From Candidatus Binatus sp. (GTDB taxonomy: Bacteria > Desulfobacterota > Binatia > Binatales > Binataceae): DNA of 64,000 bases. The position numbers and the translations under genes were made by a program. The notes beneath the pieces are model-generated. The model saw only the letters and a program-made list of their open reading frames with translations. It had not been told where the DNA came from and did not search any database. Shown in pieces: positions 1 to 9,743 of the stretch (its first letter is position 1; each line of letters opens with the position of its first letter). The stretch lies in assembly GCF_030646925.1 (NCBI RefSeq), contig NZ_JAUSKL010000122.1:1365-65364 (forward strand), read 5' to 3'.

Positions 1-2072
1 AACTGGCCTTTCTGGGTGATGCATACGCTGAGTTGCCAGCGCCGGGCTTCGGCGATCGGAATAGCATCGTGCGCCGCCAACGCGACATTCGAGTTCTCGA
101 TGCGCTGCTTAGCCAGATGCTGAGTCAGAATCCCGAGTTAGCGGCGGCTATCGACGACACCTTGTCGCGGATTACTAACGACCCGAGCCGACTGCATCAA
201 TTCCTCGAGGCTCAGAACTTCAGGCTTGCGTATTGGCGGATGGCCGCGAGCGATCTGGGTTATCGAAGGTTCTTCGATATCAACTCACTGGTCGGGCTGC
301 GGATGGAGGAACCGCAGGTCTTTGCGGAGACTCACGCGCGCGTACTTGAGTGGGTATCGAAGGGATGGGTAAGCGGCCTACGCGTCGATCATCCCGACGG
401 TTTGCGCGATCCGCTGGGATACTTTCATCGCCTAAGAGCCGCATGCGACAAGTGCTGGATCGTGGCGGAGAAGATACTTGCCGACGGCGAGCATCTTCGC
501 GAAACCTGGCCGATCGATGGCGCCACTGGCTACGACTTTCTGAACCTTGCCGGCGGTTTGTTCGTTGACCCGGCAGGATTGGAACCGCTGACCGCTTTCT
601 ACCGCGAGTTTACCGGCGAATCATGCGACTACCAATCGGTAGTTCGGGCCAAGAAGCAACAAGCCATGCGCGACGCCTTGGGCAGCGATATCAATCGGCT
701 CACCGCATTGCTGCTCGACGTATGCGAAAACGACCTACTACATCGCGACTACAGCCGCCACATGATGCATGAAGTGCTGCGGGCGACGCTCGCATGCTTG
801 CGCGTCTATCGTACCTACGTCGGAGAATCGGGTGCAGTCGATCTGCGCGATGAGCGTAGTATTACCGCCGCGATCGAAGACGCTAAGGCGTATCGGCCGG
901 ATCTTGATCCGCTACTGTTCGATTTCCTGCGCGACGTCTTGACGCTCCGCGCGGATGGCGAGCGGGCGCGCGAGCTTTCGTTGCGCTTTCAGCAGACGTC
1001 GGCGGCAGTCATGGGCAAGGGCGTCGAGGATACTGCCTTCTACACCTTCAATCGGATGGTGGCGCTGAACGAAGTCGGCGGTGACCCCGACAAATTCGGC
1101 ACCGGCGTCGAGGATTTCTGCGAGTGGTGCGAGCACATCCATCGCAACTGGCCCAAAACGATGCTCTCGACCACTACCCACGACACCAAGCGCAGCGAAG
1201 ACGCGCGCGCAAGGATGTACCTAATCTCCGAGATTCCCGACCTTTGGCGGCGCGCGGTCTTGCGATGGTCGAAGATCAACGATGCGCATCGTAGCGATGG
1301 TTTGCCCGATCGAAATATCGAATACCATCTTTACCAGGTGATGGTTGGAACGTGGCCAATCGATAAGTCGCGACTGCTCGAGTACGCGCAAAAGGCAAGC
1401 CGCGAAGCGAGGACTCATACCTCATGGACCGATCCTGACGAGAAGTATGAATCCGCGCTGCAGAAGTTTGTCCAGGATATCTATCAGGATGATGAGTTTC
1501 TTGAGGCTTTAGATGAGTTCGTGAACCTGCTTATTGCTCCCGGTCGCGTGAACTCGCTCGCACTTACTTTGATCAAGCTAACTGCGCCTGGCATCCCCGA
1601 TTTCTACCAGGGCACCGAAGTGTGGAATCACACCCTGGTCGATCCGGACAATCGCCGGCCGGTTGACTTTGAAACAAGATGCGACCTGCTCGCGGAGACG
1701 CGCCATTCGATCACTCCAGAACAAATCATGGCAAGGATGGACGAAGGGATGCCTAAGCTATGGCTGGTCAAGCAGGGGCTTTGGCTCCGCAAGCAGCATC
1801 CTGCATGGTTTGGTTCTCAAAGTGAGATGGCGCAGCTACCGGTACGCGGCCGGCTGGCCGGCAACGTCATCGCCTATGCTCGAGGCGGCGCTGTTATAGG
1901 AGTTGCACCAAGGTTGATGATGCGCCAATGCGGCAACTGGCGCGAAACCGAAGTCGAGTTGCCACCCGGCAGGTGGACCAATCGCTTGACCGGTGACGTT
2001 ATCGACGGCGGTCCGACGACGGTCGTGGATCTTCTGCAGCGATTTCCCGTCGGCCTGTTATCAAGATCGTGA
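1..2072 (+). CDS. treY: malto-oligosyltrehalose synthase, N-terminus lies outside the window
   Basis: ORF open to the window edge (track 33..2072). GH13/TreY-type motifs GLRVDHPDGLRDP and TTTHDTKRSEDARARM. Confidence 0.8.
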   Translation, partial: LAFLGDAYAELPAPGFGDRNSIVRRQRDIRVLDALLSQMLSQNPELAAAIDDTLSRITNDPSRLHQFLEAQNFRLAYWRMAASDLGYRRFFDINSLVGLRMEEPQVFAETHARVLEWVSKGWVSGLRVDHPDGLRDPLGYFHRLRAACDKCWIVAEKILADGEHLRETWPIDGATGYDFLNLAGGLFVDPAGLEPLTAFYREFTGESCDYQSVVRAKKQQAMRDALGSDINRLTALLLDVCENDLLHRDYSRHMMHEVLRATLACLRVYRTYVGESGAVDLRDERSITAAIEDAKAYRPDLDPLLFDFLRDVLTLRADGERARELSLRFQQTSAAVMGKGVEDTAFYTFNRMVALNEVGGDPDKFGTGVEDFCEWCEHIHRNWPKTMLSTTTHDTKRSEDARARMYLISEIPDLWRRAVLRWSKINDAHRSDGLPDRNIEYHLYQVMVGTWPIDKSRLLEYAQKASREARTHTSWTDPDEKYESALQKFVQDIYQDDEFLEALDEFVNLLIAPGRVNSLALTLIKLTAPGIPDFYQGTEVWNHTLVDPDNRRPVDFETRCDLLAETRHSITPEQIMARMDEGMPKLWLVKQGLWLRKQHPAWFGSQSEMAQLPVRGRLAGNVIAYARGGAVIGVAPRLMMRQCGNWRETEVELPPGRWTNRLTGDVIDGGPTTVVDLLQRFPVGLLSRS

Positions 2073-2307
2073 TACCGGCCCTTTTTTCGCCCTCGATCCG
2101 GGTCAAGCGGGCTCTTGCGCAAGGCTTGGGTACCAATAATTATATAGTCGGTCCGGGCGGCCGCGCGAGCACGCGCGAGCCGAGGCAATGCGGCGAACGC
2201 TGAGGTAGGTTCAGTTATTGCGCTACGCGCAGGACTTAGCTGATTTCTCGATTCTGCGCTTCGCGATGGTCTCGCGGGAGCAGGGATCGTCTATACTGGA
2301 GGTATCT

Positions 2308-3219
2308 ATGCCAGCTCGATCAATATCCACTGCCAGTATCACCTTCGGCCTTGTGTCTATTCCGGTGCGCCTGTTTCCTGCCACGAGTCCAAAGAGCGTG
2401 AGATTCAACCTGCTTCACGCCAAGGACAACAGCCGGATCCAGGAAAAGATCTTCTGCCAGGCAGAAGAGAAGATGATCGATCGAAGCGAGTTGGTCCGCG
2501 GATACGAAATCGAGAAGGGCCGCTATGTAACTTTTGCGGACGAGGAGTTGAAAAAGCTCGAGGCGCAAACCGATCATGCGATCGAAATCAACGAGTTCAT
2601 ACCGGTGACCGAAGTCGATCCGATTCGCTTCGAGAATTCCTATCTGCTCGGCTGCGAACCGACCTCAGCCAAGGCCTACCACCTGTTGATGTCGGCGATG
2701 CTGAAGGAGAAGCGGGTTGCTATCGCAAAATTTACGATGCGGGGCAAAGAGCGCCTCGTATTGGTTCGTCCGTACGAGGACGGCCTGATGCTGCATACGA
2801 TGTACTACAACGACGAGATCAGGACCTTCGGCGAAATCGATCACGGCGCCAGGGCTCAAGTCGCGGACTCGGAACTGGGGCTCGCACAGCGCCTGATCGC
2901 CGACCTCACCAAAAAGAAGTTCGATGCGGAGCAATACTTCGATGCGGAGCAATACAAGGACAACTATCGTGAACGAGTCATCGAACTTGCCGAGCAGAAG
3001 ATGGCTGGGCACGAAATTACCGAGGCCGCGCCCGAAGTCCGCCGCGCCAACGTTATCGATCTGATGAGCGCTCTCAAGGCATCGTTGAAGAAGCGCGGCG
3101 TCGAGGTCGGGTCGGAACGCGAGAGCGAAGAGGCCGCGGAGGAAGCTGAGCCCGCCAAGGCGCGCGCTCACGCCTCGAAAGGATCGCGGGCGCCGCGGGT
3201 GCGCCGCCAGGCCCGGTAA
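2308..3219 (+). CDS. ku: Ku DNA-end-binding protein (NHEJ)
   Basis: Track ORF 2218..3219. The Ku-type N-terminus SITFGLVSIPVRLFPAT starts at ATG 2308, preceded by GGAGGT (2298-2303). Basic C-terminal tail; adjacent to ligD. Confidence 0.9.
   Translation: MPARSISTASITFGLVSIPVRLFPATSPKSVRFNLLHAKDNSRIQEKIFCQAEEKMIDRSELVRGYEIEKGRYVTFADEELKKLEAQTDHAIEINEFIPVTEVDPIRFENSYLLGCEPTSAKAYHLLMSAMLKEKRVAIAKFTMRGKERLVLVRPYEDGLMLHTMYYNDEIRTFGEIDHGARAQVADSELGLAQRLIADLTKKKFDAEQYFDAEQYKDNYRERVIELAEQKMAGHEITEAAPEVRRANVIDLMSALKASLKKRGVEVGSERESEEAAEEAEPAKARAHASKGSRAPRVRRQAR
2920..2955 (+). repeat. perfect in-frame 18-bp tandem duplication inside ku (ttcgatgcggagcaatac x2, FDAEQY x2)
   Basis: Read directly: units at 2920-2937 and 2938-2955. 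Confidence 0.9.
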
Positions 3220-3280
3220 GATCGCAGCGCGCAAAAAGGATCCTTGATGCGGCCCGACTAGGCGCCCTTGGCAACGCGCG

Positions 3281-5926
3281 ATGCCGCTCGAGAAATATCG
3301 CAGCAAGAGAAACGCCGATCGCACGCCTGAACCTTTCGGCACCGCGCCGCCGGCGTCCGGTCCCGCCGGCAGCGGCGTGTTCGTCGTTCAAAAGCATGCG
3401 GCGCGCCGCCTCCACTATGATTTCCGCCTCGAGATGGAAGGCGTGTTGCGCTCGTGGGCAGTGCCGAAAGGACCGTCGCTGGATCCGGCGAATAAGCACT
3501 TAGCGGTTGCGGTCGAAGATCATCCGCTGGAATACGGCGATTTCGAAGGCGTCATCCCCGAGGGTAACTACGGCGCCGGCGCGGTGATCGTCTGGGATCG
3601 CGGCATCTATACGGTGCTCGATCCGCCGGAAGGGAGCCCGGGCGACGCCGTGCGCAAAGGCAAGCTCGATATTCGCTTGCACGGCTTCAAACTGAACGGC
3701 GCATACACCTTGGTGCGGACCGGTGGCCGGCCTGGCGCCGCGGCGAAGGACAAGGCCAGTTGGCTGCTTATCAAGAAGCGCGATGAGTTTGCGAAGTCCG
3801 AAGACGTCCTCGAGATGCATCCGCGGTCGGTGTTATCGGGCTTGACGGTCGAGGAAATGCGTGACGCGCCGGCGGCCGGTGTCCGCGTCGCGGCTAAGCT
3901 CGCACGCCGCGAACTTCCAGAACTGACCGGACGGCTTAAACGCGCCGACTTTCCGTTGATGCTTGCCCGGACCGCCGACAATCCTTTCGACGGCGATAGT
4001 TGGCTCTTCGAATTGAAGTACGACGGAGTTCGCGTCGTCGCGATTCGCGACGGCTCCGCGGTGCAGTTGTACGCGCGGAGCGGCGCCGAAGTAACCGCGC
4101 GCTATCCCGAGGTCGCGCTCGCATTCAACGCGCTGCCATACGATCGCTTCGTGATGGACGGCGAGATCGTTGCGCTGGACGAATCCGGCCGGCCGAGCTT
4201 TCAGCTTTTGCAGCGCAGGATGCACGTGCAGGACACGCGGCAGATCGCGCGCCTCAGCTTCGCCTTGCCCGCCTGCGATTTCGTGTTCGACCTGCTTGCC
4301 TTCGATCGATTCGATTTGCGCCCGCTGCCGCTTGAAGATCGAAAGAAGCTGCTGCGTGAACTGGTTCGCGGCGAAGGACCGGTTCGCTTTTGCGACTACG
4401 TGCTCACGCGCGGCGTCGATTTCTACCAGGCGGTGGCGGAGCAATCGCTCGAAGGCATCATCGCCAAGCGCCGGGATTCACCTTATCGAGCTACTCGTTC
4501 GGAGGCGTGGCTGAAAATCAAATGTCCGCTGACGCGACGCTTCGTGGTCGGCGGCTACACCGATCCCGGCGGCACTCGCACGCATTTCGGCGCGCTACTA
4601 CTTGGTCAATACGAGAGCGACGGCGCGCTCCGCTACACTGACAAGGTCGGCACCGGCTTTAATCGCGATCGGTTGAGAAAGATCTACGCGATGCTTCAAC
4701 AACGCGAGCGAGCGACCTCTCCCTTTCGCAAAGCGAAGCGCGACGAGCCTGCTATCGCGCGCGCCGGTATCCATTTTGTCGAACCTGAGCTGGTGGCCGA
4801 AGTACGATTCACCGAATGGACCGATAGTGGCGGCGTCCGACAACCGAGTTTTCTTGGACTCGCCGGCGATGCCGACCCGCGTCAATGCACCTATGACGGC
4901 CCGCAAGGATCCGACAGCCGGGCTGAGCCGGTCGTGGATGAAAATCTCGGCAAACGCGGGAGCGCTATTCAGGAAGCAGCTAGCGGCGCCGCGAAGGTCG
5001 AACCTAACACCGCGACAGTTACTCATCCTGAAAAAGTGTTCTGGCCGCGCGAGGGCTATACCAAGGGAGACCTCGTAGCGTACTATCGCGCGATTTCGAA
5101 ATGGATGCTGCCTTACTTGAAAGATCGACCGGTCATGCTGACCCGCTATCCTGATGGCATCGGCGGCAAGATGTTCTATCAGAAGGACGCGCCTGCGTTT
5201 GCTCCACCCTGGCTCCGCACTGAGAACATTTACTCCGAGGATTCGCAACGCGAGATCGCTTACTTCATAATCGATAGCGAGGAAGCGCTGGCCTACGTGG
5301 CAAATCTCGCCGCGGTGACCATACACGTCTGGTCGTCGCGTATCGTTCACCTGGAACGTCCCGACTGGCTTCTCTTCGATATCGATCCCAAAGGGTCAAC
5401 AACTCGAATTGCGGTCGAAGTTGCGCTTGAGGTTGCTAGCGTCCTGCGCGAGATCGGTCTCGAACCCTGCTTGAAGACATCAGGGCAGATGGGCCTGCAC
5501 GTGGTAGTCGGATTGAAGCCCAAATACACCTACGAACAAGCGCGGATGTTTTCCGAGTTGGTTTCAGGCGTGGTAGTAAGGCGAATCCCGAAGCTGGCCA
5601 CCATTAATCGCAATCCGCGGACGCGCGAAGGCCGCGTTTATATCGACTATCTGCAACTTGGTCACGGTAAGACGATCGCGGGACCTTATTCGGTGCGGCC
5701 GGTAGACGGCGCTCCCGTATCGGCGCCTATGAAATGGAATGAGCTAAAGCTGGACCTCGATCCGGTGAAGTTCAACATCAAGACGATGCCGGCGCGGATG
5801 GCGCAACTCGGAATAGATCCCTTTCTCGACGTGCTTGAGCGGCCAACCAGCCTGGAAGAATCGATGCCTCGTCTCGAGGAATTAATCGCGGGTGAGCACA
5901 CGCCTAGCTCAACCGCAAGCCGCTAG
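3281..5926 (+). CDS. ligD: ATP-dependent DNA ligase LigD, three domains (phosphoesterase - ligase - polymerase)
   Basis: 881 aa. PE domain (VFVVQKHAARRLHYDFRLE), ligase adenylation motif (FELKYDGVR), C-terminal LigD-Pol region (VFWPREGYTKGDLVAYY ... SGQMGLHVVV). Confidence 0.9.
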   Translation: MPLEKYRSKRNADRTPEPFGTAPPASGPAGSGVFVVQKHAARRLHYDFRLEMEGVLRSWAVPKGPSLDPANKHLAVAVEDHPLEYGDFEGVIPEGNYGAGAVIVWDRGIYTVLDPPEGSPGDAVRKGKLDIRLHGFKLNGAYTLVRTGGRPGAAAKDKASWLLIKKRDEFAKSEDVLEMHPRSVLSGLTVEEMRDAPAAGVRVAAKLARRELPELTGRLKRADFPLMLARTADNPFDGDSWLFELKYDGVRVVAIRDGSAVQLYARSGAEVTARYPEVALAFNALPYDRFVMDGEIVALDESGRPSFQLLQRRMHVQDTRQIARLSFALPACDFVFDLLAFDRFDLRPLPLEDRKKLLRELVRGEGPVRFCDYVLTRGVDFYQAVAEQSLEGIIAKRRDSPYRATRSEAWLKIKCPLTRRFVVGGYTDPGGTRTHFGALLLGQYESDGALRYTDKVGTGFNRDRLRKIYAMLQQRERATSPFRKAKRDEPAIARAGIHFVEPELVAEVRFTEWTDSGGVRQPSFLGLAGDADPRQCTYDGPQGSDSRAEPVVDENLGKRGSAIQEAASGAAKVEPNTATVTHPEKVFWPREGYTKGDLVAYYRAISKWMLPYLKDRPVMLTRYPDGIGGKMFYQKDAPAFAPPWLRTENIYSEDSQREIAYFIIDSEEALAYVANLAAVTIHVWSSRIVHLERPDWLLFDIDPKGSTTRIAVEVALEVASVLREIGLEPCLKTSGQMGLHVVVGLKPKYTYEQARMFSELVSGVVVRRIPKLATINRNPRTREGRVYIDYLQLGHGKTIAGPYSVRPVDGAPVSAPMKWNELKLDLDPVKFNIKTMPARMAQLGIDPFLDVLERPTSLEESMPRLEELIAGEHTPSSTASR

Positions 5927-5939
5927 CGCCTGATCTTGG

Positions 5940-6524
5940 TTATCGATTGCGCACGGGAAGAGGCAACGGACCGACGGCGCGCGATCCTTTCGGGAAGACA
6001 TCCTTCATCCTGATGAGTGTGCGCACGAGACTTAGCAACTCGGCGCGAGCGGCATCGGATGGCTGACCGTCCGCGAAGTCCGTGGAAGTCAGATAGACGC
6101 TGGTGGGTGCGGTAAAGGCACCGAACCATGCGAGCACGTCGCGCAGATGCCAGTCGGCGCCGAGAAAGTGGTGATTGGTCGCACCCATCGCGACAATTCC
6201 GCACGGCTTGCCCATCAGCGATTCGACGGGCAGATGATCGAGCAAATTTTTGAGAGCGCCGGTAAAGGTGCCGCGATAAACCGGCGTCGCGAGCACTAAC
6301 ACGTCCGCAGCCAGCGCCTTCTCGACTATCTGAGCCGTGTCGTCATGATAGTCCGCAGGCGGTCGCCCGTCTGCGAACGCTATCTTGCAGTCGCCCAAAT
6401 TTATCAGGCTCGCCTCGAGCGACGGATCAATAGCTCGACTCTCGTCGATCATTAGATTGAGCGCCTTAAAAAAGCGCCCGGGAGGCGTGACGCTGCCGAG
6501 AATCACCACCAGTTTCGTCGTCAT
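5940..6524 (-). CDS. NADPH-dependent FMN reductase family protein
   Basis: 194 aa. Flavodoxin-like N-terminus MTTKLVVILGSVTPPGR and overall family resemblance. Confidence 0.7.
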   Translation of the reverse strand: MTTKLVVILGSVTPPGRFFKALNLMIDESRAIDPSLEASLINLGDCKIAFADGRPPADYHDDTAQIVEKALAADVLVLATPVYRGTFTGALKNLLDHLPVESLMGKPCGIVAMGATNHHFLGADWHLRDVLAWFGAFTAPTSVYLTSTDFADGQPSDAARAELLSLVRTLIRMKDVFPKGSRAVGPLPLPVRNR

Positions 6525-6543
6525 AGCTACCGCCAGTTTCGAT

Positions 6544-6948
6544 CTAAGTGAGTTCAGCTCTCCGCTGATGAAGGATGATCGCCGCGCCTGAGGACACGCT
6601 GATCGCGATTAGCGCATAGAGGAGCATGCCGACGAGCAGCGGCGCATTCGGCAAGGTGGCATAAGTCTTTGTCAGATAGAGCACCAGGTTCACGATCACG
6701 TACGCGGCGTACAAGTACGCTATCGGCAGTGCAAATTGCCGCATCGCGAAGATACCGAATGCGTAGGTTGCGAGAATTACTCCGAACACCGGTCCCGCGA
6801 TCGCGTTGGCCATGCCTGAAAGCCGCGTGCCGAGAAAAACGAATCCCACTTCGGAACTCATTTTCAGCGGCTTCATGAAATTCGAGACGGCGAGCAGGGC
6901 AAACAGCACCGCGAAAATTGTTAGAATCGCACCGCGCTTCCTGTCCAT
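6544..6948 (-). CDS. small polytopic membrane protein, function unknown
   Basis: Track ORF 6544..7173 trimmed to the ATG at 6948, preceded on the minus strand by GGGAGG. Four hydrophobic segments. Confidence 0.5.
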   Translation of the reverse strand: MDRKRGAILTIFAVLFALLAVSNFMKPLKMSSEVGFVFLGTRLSGMANAIAGPVFGVILATYAFGIFAMRQFALPIAYLYAAYVIVNLVLYLTKTYATLPNAPLLVGMLLYALIAISVSSGAAIILHQRRAELT

Positions 6949-9013
6949 GCACGACCTCCCTCGACCGATCGACATCGTAGTCGGCGACGCCGCAAAACGC
7001 ATCATCGGTCGCGGTAGTCGCGGCGCTCGCGAGGACTTTCCTCGGCTCATCGCGAACGATACATCTCTCGGCATCGGAATCGATCGCAAAATTCTGCGCC
7101 TGCTGGCGGCGCTCGCACTGATGTTGTGTGGTTTGTCGGGTTGCGGACGGAGCGCGCCGCCTACGCAAAACAATCTGCTTTACAATGGCAACCTGGCGCG
7201 CGGCAGCGGCGACCGTCCCGCCGATTGGTACGCCATCACTTCAAAACGAGACCTGAGCGCGTTTTCGTGGACGCGATCGCCCGACGGCGCCAGCGCGCTC
7301 GAGCTTGCTCATTCCGGACCGAATTACTCGAGCTGGCATCAGCGCCTGATGCTTGCGCCGGGAACTTATCGCGTCAGCGCCGAGGCGCGCATCGAAGGCG
7401 CAACTTCCGGCGGCGGCGCGACAATCGCGGTCGAAGGCGTCGATGGATCTCAATTGACGTCGATTCCGCTGCATCGTTCGAGTGGGTGGGAACAGATTTC
7501 GATCGTGCTCAATGAAGATCGATGGGGAGCGACCACCGAGATCCTCTGCCAGCTCGGTGCGCCGACGAATCCCGACACTGGCCGCGCGTGGTTCCGCGAT
7601 CTCAAAGTTATGCCAATCGTAAATCCAGGCAGCGAAGAATTGCTCGCCGCACAAGTGCATCCGGAGATCCCGTGGCGCGACGATGGCGGCCCGGCGCGCG
7701 CAGGCGGCGCGATTTGCGGGATCGCGCTGTATGGCTTGCTGGCGTGGGCGCTCGTAGCGATTTGGCGACCGCCGCTGGCGACCGGCCGCAACGCCGCGAC
7801 GCTCGCGATCGCCGCGATGCTCGCGATCACCGCGGTCAAATTCGCCGCGCTGTTCCACTTTACCGGCTACTTCTGGGACATCTGGTCGAAGACGAATCGC
7901 GCCTTGCTCGCGGCGGAACTCGGCCCTTCGCGAATCTACGATCCCGGCCTGCCGATCGACGCTTATCCGCCGGGCTCGCTCTATGTCCTGTGGCTTTCCG
8001 GATCGATTGGCAGGATGCTCGAGCCCAGCGCCGATGGCTTTCGCATCATCGTCGAGACGCCGCCGCTGATTGCCGACTTCCTGATCGGGCTAACGCTCTA
8101 CTTCGCGACGTGGCGCGACGGACGCACGCTCGCTGCGTTTATCGCGATGCTGATGTTCGCGCTGAATCCGGCGCTGATCTACGACACCACGGTGTGGGGT
8201 CAGAGCGATTCGATCGTCGCGCTGCCGATGATCGCCGCGACTGTGCTGATCCTCGCCGGCCGCTACCGCCTTGGATGGATTGCCGCGGCGATTGCGATTC
8301 TCGCCAAGCCGCAGGCGCTCGCGACGGTGCCGATACTCGGACTCTGGACGTTGTTCAGCGCGGGCATCGCGGAAACTGCGGTATGCGTCGTTGCGTTCGG
8401 CGCAACCGTCGTGCTCGGAATCTTGCCGTTCCAGTTGGGGCATCCGTGGAACTGGACTCTCAACGTGTACCAGGACCTGAGCACGCGATACAGCGCGGCT
8501 TCGGTCGGCGCGTTTAATTTTCACGCGTTGCTCGGCGGGATCGAGGAGTCGGATACCGACTTGGTGTTCGGCGTATCGTATCGCACGCTGGGCTTTTCGC
8601 TGACGTTCGCGGTCTATGCGCTAACGGCGTGGATGATTTGGCGTGCGCGATCGGCGTCAGCGGCGATACTCGCGATCTTCGTCACACTGCTGGGGTTTTT
8701 TCTGTTCACGCCGCGGATGCACGAGCGGTATCTCTACTATCCGCTGGTGTTTATCACGTTGATTGCGCTCGAAAAGCGGTTTCTGACTTTGGTATTTGCG
8801 GCTTTGACCGGGACGCTTCTATTCAACCTCATCTACATGAAGCATCTGACCGACACCTCGACGTATTTTGCGGATGAACCGACCTGGCCGATTCTCACGG
8901 CGTCTGCGATCAATCTGGCGGTATTCGTCGCGGTCGCGGGCTACGCTTTTCTGCGGACGCGCGACGCAGCGGGGCAGGGCGGCGACTCGATCGATTTCAC
9001 TCGAAGCGTCTGA
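6947..9013 (+). CDS. membrane glycosyltransferase-like protein: lipobox, jelly-roll (CBM-like) domain and GT-C-type polytopic domain
   Basis: Track ORF 6806..9013. RKILRLLAALALMLCGLSGC looks like a lipoprotein signal. A beta-rich roughly 170-aa domain follows. The multi-TM domain has ALG6/PMT-like loops (IDAYPPGSLYVLW, WGQSDSI). The start is uncertain: candidates are ATG 6947, ATG 7121, or a non-canonical codon near 7079. Confidence 0.6.
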   Translation: MHDLPRPIDIVVGDAAKRIIGRGSRGAREDFPRLIANDTSLGIGIDRKILRLLAALALMLCGLSGCGRSAPPTQNNLLYNGNLARGSGDRPADWYAITSKRDLSAFSWTRSPDGASALELAHSGPNYSSWHQRLMLAPGTYRVSAEARIEGATSGGGATIAVEGVDGSQLTSIPLHRSSGWEQISIVLNEDRWGATTEILCQLGAPTNPDTGRAWFRDLKVMPIVNPGSEELLAAQVHPEIPWRDDGGPARAGGAICGIALYGLLAWALVAIWRPPLATGRNAATLAIAAMLAITAVKFAALFHFTGYFWDIWSKTNRALLAAELGPSRIYDPGLPIDAYPPGSLYVLWLSGSIGRMLEPSADGFRIIVETPPLIADFLIGLTLYFATWRDGRTLAAFIAMLMFALNPALIYDTTVWGQSDSIVALPMIAATVLILAGRYRLGWIAAAIAILAKPQALATVPILGLWTLFSAGIAETAVCVVAFGATVVLGILPFQLGHPWNWTLNVYQDLSTRYSAASVGAFNFHALLGGIEESDTDLVFGVSYRTLGFSLTFAVYALTAWMIWRARSASAAILAIFVTLLGFFLFTPRMHERYLYYPLVFITLIALEKRFLTLVFAALTGTLLFNLIYMKHLTDTSTYFADEPTWPILTASAINLAVFVAVAGYAFLRTRDAAGQGGDSIDFTRSV

Positions 9014-9134
9014 CATCCAGCTTGGGAAAATGCACCGTCCGCGGCATTGGCGGGGTGCTTCAAATGCCATCCTGAAGAAATTGCAGCATCAGCCGGTTCG
9101 CTCCGGCACGAACAAATGCGCCGCGGTGCGCCGG
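8945..9134. repeat. junction copy J1: 3' end of the GT-C gene, spacer, and a decayed 3' end of an alpha/beta-hydrolase gene
   Basis: Aligns by eye with 12012-12135 (J2) and 13000-13130 (J3); aligned strings are given in the findings. Confidence 0.65.
9060..9134 (-). pseudogene. C-terminal remnant of an alpha/beta-hydrolase paralogue
   Basis: Minus-strand translation PAHRGAFVRAGANRLMLQFLQDGI* parallels the intact C-terminus GAGHFVHQEKPDHVNRLMLQFLRQGI* at 13057. Stop codons lie immediately upstream in frame. Confidence 0.5.
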
Positions 9135-9181
9135 AGGCTAAGGCAAGATCGCTCAACCGAACCAGAAATAAACTGCCAAGC
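9116..9181. repeat. 66-bp direct repeat, copy 1
   Basis: atgcgccgcggtgcgccggaggctaaggcaagatcgctcaaccgaaccagaaataaactgccaagc compared with copy 2: 7 mismatches counted by eye. Confidence 0.8.
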
Positions 9182-9494
9182 CGGGGTTTAATCAGCGCGT
9201 TGTCCGCTGATGATGAAACAATACATAAACAATCAGTGTTTTTATCGCGCTTTTTCGGGCATCTAAATCCTAGACGTTTACGTTTATGATATGGAGTATT
9301 TGAGAAATAGGACAATGGTCTTCTTTCCGCTAAGGCGGCGTGGTCCGGGTCGACCTCGTTCGCTGTAAGGTTGATGAATGGCTTTTTCGAAGAACGCGCG
9401 ATGAACTCTTCGCGGTGACAGCCATCTGGATTCCAAATCTATGCTAAACGATTGATAAAACGGTTCAATGGCAGTTGCGTAGTGGCATGGACAT

Positions 9495-9560
9495 ATGCGC
9501 CGTGAGGCGCCGGAGGACAAGGCAAGATCGCTCAACCGAACCAGAAATAAATTGCCGAGC
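9495..9560. repeat. 66-bp direct repeat, copy 2
   Basis: atgcgccgtgaggcgccggaggacaaggcaagatcgctcaaccgaaccagaaataaattgccgagc. Offset of 379 bp from copy 1, with AT-rich DNA between them. Confidence 0.8.
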
Positions 9561-9743
9561 ACCATAACCGAAAGGGCTTCTTGTCCGTGATTGAAATGAC
9601 AGGGTCTAAACATAGTCAGGCCGTTGGTTATTTCATGAAGAATATCGGCTATATTCTAGACCTCCCTGTTTAGGATCCGTTGCGTAATAGTGTTTGCGTT
9701 CCCCGCCGACCCCATGTATCCTGATGAATTACGAGGTAGAACC

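Noticed and set aside
2073-2110. T-run (cccttttttcgcc) after treY as an intrinsic terminator
   Set aside because: No convincing GC-rich stem precedes the T-run.
9116-9560. Possible CRISPR array
   Set aside because: There are only two repeat copies. They are 66 bp long and imperfect, are separated by 313 bp, and have no cas genes nearby. I saw no CRISPR-like array anywhere in the window.
8941-9613. Minus-strand ORFs 8941..9315 and 9284..9613 sharing LFLVRLSDLAL
   Set aside because: The shared peptide comes from the 66-bp direct repeat. There is no RBS or family signal, and the ORFs run through the AT-rich non-coding spacer.
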